64,000 bases of DNA, taken from contig JAWCLW010000001.1 of the NCBI GenBank assembly GCA_039091535.1, positions 11,881 to 75,880 of the forward strand. The letters run 5' to 3'. Every line of letters begins with the position of its first letter. Position 1 is the stretch's first letter. Shown piece by piece: positions 41,503 to 50,588 of the stretch. The notes beneath the pieces were generated by a model. It did not search any database. It saw only the letters and a program-made list of their open reading frames with translations, and had not been told where the DNA came from. Made by a program: the position numbers and the translations under genes. Origin of the DNA: Candidatus Aenigmatarchaeota archaeon (GTDB taxonomy: Archaea > Aenigmatarchaeota > Aenigmatarchaeia > GW2011-AR5).

Positions 41503-41779
41503 TTTATCACTTGGTTTATGAATATTTTTTAATTATAATTTTTATAGATTCAAAACTAATTTCAATGGTCTTATATATAACCTGCTCTACAAAATAAAGT
41601 CAAAAATAAAAACTAATTTTTCAAATTACTACATAAATTATTTATTTTACCATTGGTCCACACAAAATAACAAAAAGTATAACAAATAATTAAATTAATG
41701 CATCGTTAAGATGATATAATTGATAATAATGAAGTTAGATGTGGATTAAACTTAAATTTTTAATACTTAATTTTTATTA

Positions 41780-42643
41780 ATGATGAAAATAGAAAAGTTA
41801 GACAAAAAATTAAAAGAAAGATTACGAGAATATTTGATGCAGGACTTTAGTAAAAATGCGATTTATCTTTATGATTTAGATAAAGAATATCCAAAGAGAG
41901 CTGATTTTTCTGTTTTGTTACAAAATGAAAAAATAAAAGGATTTAATGTTATTTGGATGGATAATCCTAATTTTTGTTATTTACATATCATAGCAGAAGA
42001 CGAAGAATCTTTCTTAGAGTTACTTAAAAATTCCAAAAGTCATCTTGAGAAGGCAAAACGTCTTATTATATCATCAGAATTTTCATCGATATTGGAAAAT
42101 GAATTCAGTCTTGTTGGTGATCATATGAATTTAATGTCTCTTACTAAAGGTAATGAAAAATTAGAAATAAAACATCCTGTTAGAAGATTGCAACATGAAG
42201 ATTTACCATATATTATAGAACTCTTAAAAGAAGGCACAAATTTGTATGTTAAAGATAATGATGTGAGAAATGGTATTCTTAAATCAGTTGAAAACTCAAT
42301 TGATAAAGGGTTATTTTTTGGTTGTTTTATTAACAATGAATTAGTATCTTTTATTCGTACTACAATATCATATCCACCGATAACTATGATAGATACACTA
42401 TATACGAAAAAAGTTTTGCAAAGAAGTGGGGCTGGTCAATCTGTTACATCTGGTTTAATTAAAGAATTGTTTTATAATAGAAGCGAGTTTAATGAAATAC
42501 AATTATATGAAGAAAAGAAAAATTTACCAGCCTTCAATCTTTATACTAAACTTGGATTTAAGGTACTAAAAGAATATATAAGATACAATATAACAGGCAT
42601 TAGTTTCAATTGTCGGTATTATTTATTATTAGGGGGTCTGTGA
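41780..42643 (+). CDS. GNAT family N-acetyltransferase (two-domain)
   Basis: LYTKKVLQRSGAGQSV acetyl-CoA loop, NLPAFNLYTKLGFK. Confidence 0.85.
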   Translation: MMKIEKLDKKLKERLREYLMQDFSKNAIYLYDLDKEYPKRADFSVLLQNEKIKGFNVIWMDNPNFCYLHIIAEDEESFLELLKNSKSHLEKAKRLIISSEFSSILENEFSLVGDHMNLMSLTKGNEKLEIKHPVRRLQHEDLPYIIELLKEGTNLYVKDNDVRNGILKSVENSIDKGLFFGCFINNELVSFIRTTISYPPITMIDTLYTKKVLQRSGAGQSVTSGLIKELFYNRSEFNEIQLYEEKKNLPAFNLYTKLGFKVLKEYIRYNITGISFNCRYYLLLGGL

Positions 42644-42683
42644 GGGCGTGGAAATTATATAATTAATTACTATTAAGTTACAG

Positions 42684-43487
42684 TATATAGAAAGGTTTAT
42701 AAAGTTTTGAAGAATACTTATTTAAAGTATGATAGATAGGAGCAGATTAGAAGAATTGTTAAGCGAATTGTTAGATGGACATGAAATAAATCCATTTTCA
42801 TTAGATTTTTATTCTAAATAGCCCAAGAGCCACTGCGGATTCTATTAGGCAAGTTCACACTATTCTTAGAAGATATGGGTTAACTAATGAGAAGATAGCG
42901 TCACAAGCTCAACTGCTTGGAAGAGATCCGGAAACTATTGAAAGAAATTATCAGAGTTATGTTGGACTATTAAGACAAGATATTCGTCTGATATACCCTG
43001 ATGTCATCAGCCGTTCCAAAGAAGAAATCAAACAAATGTTAAGAAGTCGTGAATACAGAAGTTCTGGAAAAGATTTACTAACTAACCAAGCACAACTACT
43101 AGGAATACCGCCTGAAACGATAGAAGCAAACGTTCAATATCTCAATTCAATTGGGATAGATTATAAGAATGTTTTCTTGTTGGGAACAAAACCACAAACA
43201 AAAAGACAAAAAATGGCTTGGATGTTAAGAGAATTATTTGATTACAGAACTCTCCCATATGAAGAAAGAAAAGACGCAATTGATGGTTTATACGATTTCG
43301 TAAGAAACGATTCTACAATTTTAACCAGATCCATTAAGTATCTGGAAAGAAATAGAGATAAATTAAGAGAAAGAGTTACGCAATATAGAAGATAATTTCC
43401 GATCCGACCCCCATTTTTCTATATAGTGCCGAGAACTCAAAAATTTTCCTGCGGAACGTTGCACTAAATTTTTGCCGTTCGGGACAC
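42684..43487 (+). mobile_element. putative integron-like single-gene cassette with non-canonical attC-like site
   Basis: Left end TATATAGAAA (42684-42693); downstream imperfect hairpin 43416-43497; joining ...GGGACAC (43487) to TATATAGAAA gives CACTATATAGAAA, the exact complement of TTTCTATATAGTG (43416-43428). Confidence 0.55.
42729..43395 (+). pseudogene. helical repeat (mTERF-like) protein with a single frameshift near 42806-42813
   Basis: ATG 42729 frame stops at 42819; the +1 frame is open from 42805 to 43395 with repeats KIASQAQLLGRDPETIERNY and LLTNQAQLLGIPPETIEANV; TTTATAAA TATA box at 42696-42703. Confidence 0.7.
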
Positions 43488-43497
43488 TTTGTAGAAT
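43416..43497. repeat. 82-nt imperfect palindrome with extrahelical bases
   Basis: TTCTATATAGTG-CCGAGAAC-TCAAAAATTT ... AAATTTTTG-CCGTTCGGGA-CACTTTGTAGAA. Confidence 0.8.
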
Positions 43498-43688
43498 TTT
43501 TTTCTTTAACGAAGATACTGTATAATTTACTAATATTTTTTTATATTATACCTCGCTTTCTTTTAAAGGATATAATTCAAATTTTTAATTAATTTTTAAT
43601 CCTATAGATTTGTTCATTATAGAAAAATCTGTTAAAATTAGCTTTGAATTGGCTCTTAGATTTAAATATTTAATCTTAAAAATAAATT

Positions 43689-44090
43689 ATGAAACTAAAA
43701 GGTGTATATATTTTATTAATTAGTATTGCTAAAGATATACGAATAAATATAGGCTCATTAGGAAAAATAAAATTTTCTGCAGGTAATTATGTATATGTTG
43801 GTTCCGCACAAAATAATATTATGAAAAGAATTGAAAGACATAAATCAAAAACAAAAAATAAATTTTGGCATATTGATTATTTGCTTGATAGTAAATATGC
43901 AAAAATTTTAAAGATATTTTACAAGGAATCAAAAAAATCTGAAGAATGTAGAATTGCAAATAGATTATTAAAAAATGAAATTTTAATTAAAAATTTTGGT
44001 TGTTCTGATTGCAATTGTAAATCGCATTTATTCAAAATCAAAAACATAAAAAATATTTTGAAATTAGGTATGAAAATTTATAAATGGTGA
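43689..44090 (+). CDS. DUF123 GIY-YIG endonuclease
   Basis: KGVYIL, YVYVGSA, RIERH, WHIDYLL, FGCSDCNCKSHL. Confidence 0.93.
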   Translation: MKLKGVYILLISIAKDIRINIGSLGKIKFSAGNYVYVGSAQNNIMKRIERHKSKTKNKFWHIDYLLDSKYAKILKIFYKESKKSEECRIANRLLKNEILIKNFGCSDCNCKSHLFKIKNIKNILKLGMKIYKW

Positions 44091-44800
44091 ATAAAATGAG
44101 ACTTGCAGCATTATTGAGCGGTGGAAAAGATTCATTATATTCGATGTACCTTGCAAAAAAACATGGTCATAAGATAAAATATATAATCTCAATTATTTCT
44201 GAAAATCCTGAAAGCTATATGTTTCATGTTCCTAATATAGAATTTGTAAAGCAGCAGGCAAAAGCGATGCAAATACCTATAATACAAAAGATGACAAAAG
44301 GTATCAAGGAAGAAGAATTATTAGATTTGGAAAAAGTTTTGAAAAAAATAAGAAAAAATATTGATGGTGTTGTAACTGGTGCTGTTGCAAGTGTTTATCA
44401 AAAAACAAGGATAGATAAAATTTGCGAGGTGCTGGAATTAAAATCCATAGCACCATTGTGGAACACTAATCCTGAAAAAATTTTGAACAATATGTTAAAT
44501 GAAAATTTTGATATTTTAATAACAGCAGTTGCAGCACCTCCAATGGATGAAAATTGGCTTGGACGTAAACTTGATAAAAGATGTTTGAATGAGTTAATAA
44601 ATTTAAATAAACTTTATAGAATAAGCATAAATGGCGAAGGTGGTGAATATGAAACATTTGTTCTGGATTGTCCATTATTCAAAAGTAAAATAGAAATTCT
44701 TGATTATGAAAATTTCTGGGATAAAAAAACAAATTCAGGGTTTATGCAATTCAAGAAAATAAAACTAGTAAAAAAAAATTCAAAATCTAGCTTCCTCTAA
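44084..44800 (+). CDS. dph6: diphthine--ammonia ligase
   Basis: SGGKDS, ESYMFH, GAVASVYQ, GEGGEYETFVLDCP. Confidence 0.93.
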   Translation: MVNKMRLAALLSGGKDSLYSMYLAKKHGHKIKYIISIISENPESYMFHVPNIEFVKQQAKAMQIPIIQKMTKGIKEEELLDLEKVLKKIRKNIDGVVTGAVASVYQKTRIDKICEVLELKSIAPLWNTNPEKILNNMLNENFDILITAVAAPPMDENWLGRKLDKRCLNELINLNKLYRISINGEGGEYETFVLDCPLFKSKIEILDYENFWDKKTNSGFMQFKKIKLVKKNSKSSFL

Positions 44801-45562
44801 TGCTTTTGAACATATACAACTTCTTTTTTCTAGTATTTTTGGTATAAGTTCAAAAATCAGTTTCTTTAATTTTTCATTATTTTCATTAAAGACCCTTACG
44901 ACTTCATTAAATGTTACTGGCTTTATTGTTGGATCATCTTTCAGACCAGCATCGTAATCTGTGACAATAGAAATATTAGCATAACAAATCTCCATTTCCC
45001 TGGCAAGTATCAATTCTGGGTATATAGTCATATTTATGATATCCCAATTATTTTTTCTGTAAAATTCACTCTCTGCCTTTGTCGAAAATCTTGGACCTTG
45101 AATTACAACAACAGTTCCTTTATTATGAACAGTGAGATTCAAATCTTTTGCTGTTTTTATTAATAATTCTCTTAATTCAGGACAAAATGGTTCTGCTGAT
45201 GAAATATGTGTTGTTTCATTTTCATTATAAAATGTATCATCTCTATGTGTAAAATTCACAAATTGATCTGGAACAAGAAATTCTCCAGGTCTTATCTCTT
45301 TTTTTAGCGAACCAACAGATGCAGGAGCAATTATTCTCGTAACACCTAATTTTTTTAATGCATAGATATTTGCTTTATATGGAATTTTATGTGGCGGATA
45401 TTCATGTTTTTTTCCATGCCTTGGTAAGAATGCAACATCCTTACCAGAAATCTTACCAATCGATATCAAAGAGTTTGGTCTACCATAAGGTGTTTCTATA
45501 TCTTTTTCTTCTACATTCTCAAGCAATGAATAAAATCCAGAACCACCTATTATACCTATCAT
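44780..45562 (-). CDS. mtnP: 5'-methylthioadenosine phosphorylase
   Basis: IGGSG, TPYG, RHG, GPRFSTKAES, VTDYD. Confidence 0.95.
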   Translation of the reverse strand: MIGIIGGSGFYSLLENVEEKDIETPYGRPNSLISIGKISGKDVAFLPRHGKKHEYPPHKIPYKANIYALKKLGVTRIIAPASVGSLKKEIRPGEFLVPDQFVNFTHRDDTFYNENETTHISSAEPFCPELRELLIKTAKDLNLTVHNKGTVVVIQGPRFSTKAESEFYRKNNWDIINMTIYPELILAREMEICYANISIVTDYDAGLKDDPTIKPVTFNEVVRVFNENNEKLKKLIFELIPKILEKRSCICSKALEEARF

Positions 45563-45612
45563 ATGTATTGTATAAAAATAAAAGGTTAAAAATTTATATA
45601 AAGTTGATAACT

Positions 45613-45945
45613 ATGTCATTATTAGATATGCTAATAAAAGGTTACAAAATATATCCGATCAAATTAGATGATAAAGTGTATTTCCCAAAATACAATCCAA
45701 TTTCTTATAATTATCCTTCTTATATTCCTAATATTGAAATATTTGAAATAGATGAGCATTATTTACCAAGATTTGTTCTGGGGATGACAGATGGGAAAAA
45801 AATACAGCTCAAAAATAACTTAGGATATTTTAGAAAATTTGTTCTTGCGCATGAGGAAGAGCATATAAAGGATATGGAAGCAAGTGAGGATGTTATTGAT
45901 AAAAGGGTATGTGCAAGACTTGGTTTATCTTATCCACCAATTTAA
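45613..45945 (+). CDS. small HExxH (zincin-like) hypothetical protein
   Basis: VLGMTDG...VLAHEEEH; likely start ATG 45613 because the upstream part overlaps mtnP. Confidence 0.6.
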   Translation: MSLLDMLIKGYKIYPIKLDDKVYFPKYNPISYNYPSYIPNIEIFEIDEHYLPRFVLGMTDGKKIQLKNNLGYFRKFVLAHEEEHIKDMEASEDVIDKRVCARLGLSYPPI

Positions 45946-45969
45946 AAATTTTATTTCTAATTTATTTCT

Positions 45970-47253
45970 ATGAACATTTATATAGAAACATATGGGTGCT
46001 CAAATAATATTGCTGAAAGTCAGATAATGGCTGGATTATTAACAAGAAGTGGATTTAGTGTAATAAATGACATAGAGAACGCAGATATAATAATTGTGAA
46101 CACATGCAGTGTAAAATCAACAACAGAACAGAAAATTTTATATAGAATAAAGCACTTACGTGAAAAATATCCAAAAAAGAAAATGATAATTACAGGATGC
46201 ATGCCTGAATCAGAATACGATATAGTAAAGTCTTTTGTACCAAATGCATCCTTTGTAGGAACACATCACATAACATATATAGCAAAAGCTGTAAAATCAG
46301 AGATGGAAAATAAACATATAGAATTACTGGGAAAAATAAAAAAAGAGAAGTTGTGTCTTCCAAAAATTAGAGAAAATAATGCTATCGATATAGTTCCTAT
46401 TTCAAGTGGGTGCTCATCATATTGCAGTTATTGTTCAACAAAACTTGCAAAAGGTGATTTATTTTCTTATTCAGGAGAAAAAATAATTGAAGAAATCAAA
46501 ATAGCAAAATCAGATGGATGCAAAGAATTCTGGCTCACAAGCCAGGATTGTGGTTGTTATGGTCTTGATAAAAATACAAATATTACAGAATTATTGAAAA
46601 ATATAATAAAAAATGTTTCTGGAAAATATTTTTTGCGCATAGGTATGATGAATCCACAAAATATTATGAAATTTATACCAGAATTAATAGATGTATTTAA
46701 AGATGAACATGTATTCAAATTTATTCATTTACCTGTACAATCTGGAAGCGATAAAATTCTTAAATTGATGAATCGTGGATATACGATAAATGATTTTAAA
46801 CATATTATAAATGAATTTAGAAAAGAAATTCCTGAAATAACGTTATGGACAGATATCATTGTTGGATTTCCAAGTGAGGATGAAGAAGATTTTAATAAAA
46901 GTGTTGAGCTTATCAAAGAAATAAAACCAGATTTTGTGAATATATCCACCTTTGGACCAAGACCAGGAACAAAAGCAGCAAAAATGAAACAAATATTAAC
47001 AAATATAAAAAAGGAAAGGACAAGGATATTAACAAAAATTGTTGATAAAATATCTTTAGAAAAAAACAAAAAATGGGTTGGATGGAAGGGTGAAGTTATT
47101 ATAGATGAATATAAAAAAGAGAGAAAAAATTTTATAGCAAGGAATTTTGCATACAAGCCAATAGTACTACATGGGAACTTCAAGATTGGTGATTTTGTAA
47201 ATGCCAAAATAATATCAGCCTCTAAAACATATCTTGTTGGTGAAGTTTATTGA
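45970..47253 (+). CDS. tRNA methylthiotransferase (archaeal MtaB/CDKAL1 type)
   Basis: ETYGCSNN, NTCSVK, GCSSYCSYC, TSQD, HLPVQSGSD, DIIVGFP, TRAM tail. Confidence 0.95.
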   Translation: MNIYIETYGCSNNIAESQIMAGLLTRSGFSVINDIENADIIIVNTCSVKSTTEQKILYRIKHLREKYPKKKMIITGCMPESEYDIVKSFVPNASFVGTHHITYIAKAVKSEMENKHIELLGKIKKEKLCLPKIRENNAIDIVPISSGCSSYCSYCSTKLAKGDLFSYSGEKIIEEIKIAKSDGCKEFWLTSQDCGCYGLDKNTNITELLKNIIKNVSGKYFLRIGMMNPQNIMKFIPELIDVFKDEHVFKFIHLPVQSGSDKILKLMNRGYTINDFKHIINEFRKEIPEITLWTDIIVGFPSEDEEDFNKSVELIKEIKPDFVNISTFGPRPGTKAAKMKQILTNIKKERTRILTKIVDKISLEKNKKWVGWKGEVIIDEYKKERKNFIARNFAYKPIVLHGNFKIGDFVNAKIISASKTYLVGEVY

Positions 47254-47330
47254 TTTTTAATTAAATTTGGTCAACCGAAAGCTTTATATATTAAATAATC
47301 ACTATATAGTAGTATTAATGGTGATTAATT

Positions 47331-47528
47331 ATGAATAATTTTATATATAAAATAAAAGGAAATGAATTTAGTATTTATATCACACAAATAAAAAATGGTA
47401 TCTTTTTTAATTTAAATAAAGCTATTGAATTGGCTAATACAAATTGGAAGCGATATCTCTTGAAAAAAGCATTAGATGAGAATATTAAAAAATTGAAAGA
47501 AGAACCTATTCAATATTTAAAATGGTGA
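47331..47528 (+). CDS. hypothetical protein
   Basis: GGTGA SD; short orphan. Confidence 0.5.
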   Translation: MNNFIYKIKGNEFSIYITQIKNGIFFNLNKAIELANTNWKRYLLKKALDENIKKLKEEPIQYLKW

Positions 47529-47818
47529 GAAAAATGAGTTATCCACAAAAGACGTTTCTTGAAAAGTATGGAAATCGGTTTCAGGTAAAAAGAAAATTAG
47601 ATCCATATGCTTCAGGACTTTCAACTATGTTAGGTTTAACTATTTTTATTTGTTTAACTGAACTTTTAACTCCAGAAACAACAGAATATATCTATAAAGC
47701 AATCGAATCATTTGGAGGAGTTGATAAATTTGCATTAGCACAATACTTGGTAGCTGGTGCTGGTGGTTTGTCTACTGGTTTATTTTCATATCCAATATTT
47801 AGAAAGATTTTAAAATGA
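47522..47818 (+). CDS. two-TM hypothetical protein
   Basis: Two hydrophobic segments; overlaps the previous ORF. Confidence 0.6.
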   Translation: MVRKMSYPQKTFLEKYGNRFQVKRKLDPYASGLSTMLGLTIFICLTELLTPETTEYIYKAIESFGGVDKFALAQYLVAGAGGLSTGLFSYPIFRKILK

Positions 47819-47830
47819 AGTTGAATAAAA

Positions 47831-48067
47831 ATGAAAGAATTTGATATAGAAACTGAGCTAAAAAACTTGATGACCGAAATAAATGAATATAGGGAAAAAA
47901 ATAATTTGTGCCCTTTACAGAGAAGTCATGAAAATTATAAATTTTGCCTTGTTTTAAATAATTATCATCCACCAAGACTTTGTTGTTACTTTGATAAAAA
48001 TATCATCTTTGTAAAAGATGAAAATAATTTAATAGGTAGCCCATATAATTTATGTAATTTCAAATGA
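47831..48067 (+). CDS. Cys-containing hypothetical protein
   Basis: CP...C...CC...C pattern. Confidence 0.5.
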   Translation: MKEFDIETELKNLMTEINEYREKNNLCPLQRSHENYKFCLVLNNYHPPRLCCYFDKNIIFVKDENNLIGSPYNLCNFK

Positions 48068-48177
48068 TGCTTCACACAATCAAAGTATTATACTGTTGTT
48101 TCATATCTTATAGCATTGCAAAACAAAAGTAATCTATTTGCTAAATTGGCAAATCCAAAAAATGGTTCTTGTGATGT

Positions 48178-48558
48178 TTATATTAAAACAGAATAATATC
48201 CCATAACGTAAGGCATAACAAATATACTAAGAATCTCATAGACAACAAATGCAATTATTATAACTTTCAGTTTTGTTATCATTTCTGCTTTAAGTAATAT
48301 TTCACCAAGAATTATCCATATTATTAGTGGAAATATAAATATTTCAAAATATGGTATTGAAATGTTTATATATGTAGTTAACAATGCACCTGCTATTGGT
48401 GCGAGAAATAATGCAACAATTGCTAAAATAAATGAATGTTTTGTATCTATATTATGTGCTATAATAGCATCGCTAATAATTATTGCAATAAATGCAATTA
48501 TCGAACTTATAAGTGTACTCACAGCAAAACCTATGCTCAGAAAAGATTCGATTGGCAT
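48178..48558 (-). CDS. four-TM membrane protein
   Basis: Four hydrophobic helices. Confidence 0.7.
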   Translation of the reverse strand: MPIESFLSIGFAVSTLISSIIAFIAIIISDAIIAHNIDTKHSFILAIVALFLAPIAGALLTTYINISIPYFEIFIFPLIIWIILGEILLKAEMITKLKVIIIAFVVYEILSIFVMPYVMGYYSVLI

Positions 48559-48656
48559 ATATAATTTTTGATTTATGTTGTATTTAAATTTTTACATCTT
48601 ATATAAAAACAAATTTAAGTTTATAAAATCATTAAAAAAACAAGACAGGTGATTTT

Positions 48657-49763
48657 ATGGTTGTTTATGATGTTTTTGGACCTGAGAAGATAGTAGAAGT
48701 TTATGACCCAAGAATAAATATGCATGGTTTCCTCGTTATAGATAATACAGCATTAGGACCTGGTAAGGGTGGCATAAGAATGACACCAACAGTAACAATA
48801 AATGAAATCGCAAATCTTGCAAGGGCAATGACATGGAAAAATGCAATGGCTGATTTGCCTTTTGGCGGTGCAAAAGCTGGAATTGTTGCCGACCCAAAAA
48901 AACTTTCAAAAAATGAAAAAATTGATATTGTTAAATCATTTTCAAAGGCACTAAAACCTTTGTGCCCAAGTGTTTATATTGCTGGTCCGGATATGTACAT
49001 GGGAGAAGAAGAGATGGGTATATTTGCAAAAGCAAACGGCTCGATGAAATCATGTACAGGGAAGCCAAAAAATATGGGTGGAATCCCACATGAACTCGGT
49101 TCTACTGGTTTTGGTGTTTTTCATGCAACTGTTGTTGCCGCAGAATTCATTGATTTAGATATAAAAAATTCAAAGGTTGCAATAGAAGGATTTGGAAATG
49201 TTGGAACATTTGTAGCAAAGTTTTTGTCAGAAATTGGCGCAAAAATTGTATGTGTATCTGATTCAAAAGGATGTATATACAATCAAGATGGACTAAATTA
49301 TGAAAAATTAATGGAAATTAAAACAAAGACAGGCTCTGTGACAAATTATAGCCCAGGAAATGTGCTTCCAAATAAAGATATTATAAGTTTAAATGTTGAT
49401 ATCCTAATACCTGCAGCAGTTCCAAACTTAATTGTTGCAAATGATGTTAAAAATGTAAAAGCAAAATTAATTGTAGAGGGTTCAAACATCCCAATAGAAC
49501 CATCCGTAGAAAAAATGCTTCACAACAAAGGTATTACAATTGTACCAGATTTTATTGCAAATGCGGGTGGTGTAATTTCATCGTATGTAGAATATATTGG
49601 TGGAACACCTAAAAAGATGTTTGAAATGGTAGAGAATAAAATAAAGAAAAATACAAAAATAGTTTTAGAACATGCAACCAAAAATGGTATAACAACAAGG
49701 GATGCTGCATTAGAAATAGCAAAAAGTCGTGTATTGAAGAAATGTAAAACATGTAGGATATAA
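48657..49763 (+). CDS. gdhA: Glu/Leu/Phe/Val dehydrogenase (glutamate dehydrogenase-like)
   Basis: GPGKGGIR, MTWK, GGAKAG, GPD, GFGNVG, EGSN, PDFIANAGGV. Confidence 0.9.
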   Translation: MVVYDVFGPEKIVEVYDPRINMHGFLVIDNTALGPGKGGIRMTPTVTINEIANLARAMTWKNAMADLPFGGAKAGIVADPKKLSKNEKIDIVKSFSKALKPLCPSVYIAGPDMYMGEEEMGIFAKANGSMKSCTGKPKNMGGIPHELGSTGFGVFHATVVAAEFIDLDIKNSKVAIEGFGNVGTFVAKFLSEIGAKIVCVSDSKGCIYNQDGLNYEKLMEIKTKTGSVTNYSPGNVLPNKDIISLNVDILIPAAVPNLIVANDVKNVKAKLIVEGSNIPIEPSVEKMLHNKGITIVPDFIANAGGVISSYVEYIGGTPKKMFEMVENKIKKNTKIVLEHATKNGITTRDAALEIAKSRVLKKCKTCRI

Positions 49764-49780
49764 ATTTCTTGGTGATTTTT

Positions 49781-49906
49781 ATGGAAACTCAATATGGTAA
49801 AATATTTGTTTGTATGACATGCTCAAAAGAAATTCTAATTTTAAAAGAAGGGAAGAGTCTAAATCCACCATTATGCTGCGGGAAAGTGATGAGAATAAGA
49901 AAGTGA
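49781..49906 (+). CDS. 41-aa desulforedoxin-like protein (not in ORF track)
   Basis: METQYGKIFVCMTCSKEILILKEGKSLNPPLCCGKVMRIRK; CxxC...CCGxxM; GGTGA SD at 49771. Confidence 0.8.
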   Translation: METQYGKIFVCMTCSKEILILKEGKSLNPPLCCGKVMRIRK

Positions 49907-49970
49907 TTCAACATCTGAATTCTATTATTTAAAAATTTTTAAGTCTTCGTTGTGATAATATATTGATTAT

Positions 49971-50474
49971 ATGAAAAAGGTCTTAATGATAATAGCACCA
50001 AAAGATTTTAGAGATGAAGAACTTTTTGAAACAAAAGAAATAATAGAAAAAATTGCAGAAGTTAAAATAGCAAGCACAACAATCGGAACTGTTAAGGGTA
50101 TGCTTGGTAAAAGTGTAAATCCAGATATACCATTAGCACGCGTTAATGTTGATGATTATGATGCAATAATATTTGTTGGTGGTGTTGGTGCATCTGTATA
50201 TTTTAAGAGTGCAACAGCCTTAAACATAGCAAAAAATGCTTATGAAAAAGGTAAGATTATAGGAGCCATATGTATAGCACCAAGTATATTAGCTAATGCT
50301 GGTATTCTTAAAGGTAAGAAAGTGACATCGTGGCCAAGTGAGGCGAGCAACCTCAGATCAAATGGTGCATTCTATACAGGAAGTCCAGTTGAAATAGATA
50401 AAAATATTATAACAGCAAATGGTCCACAATCTGCAAAAAAATTTGGTGAAGCAATACTTGAAGCGCTAAAATAA
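49971..50474 (+). CDS. DJ-1/PfpI family protein
   Basis: FRDEE, YDAIIFVGG, AICIAP, ITANGP. Confidence 0.95.
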   Translation: MKKVLMIIAPKDFRDEELFETKEIIEKIAEVKIASTTIGTVKGMLGKSVNPDIPLARVNVDDYDAIIFVGGVGASVYFKSATALNIAKNAYEKGKIIGAICIAPSILANAGILKGKKVTSWPSEASNLRSNGAFYTGSPVEIDKNIITANGPQSAKKFGEAILEALK

Positions 50475-50588
50475 ATTAAAAGTACTAGCAAAAGTTCTAT
50501 ACCATATTAAATGAAAGATGCATAATTTATATCAAAAGAAATGGAAGAAGTAGGGCTTAAAAATCATAAAATTTAATATTCAATTTTA

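Noticed and set aside
43416..43497. Hairpin as a canonical attC site or a simple terminator
   Set aside because: It lacks RYYYAAC/GTTRRRY cores, and a terminator would not explain the matching half-site about 730 bp upstream; kept as a non-canonical candidate
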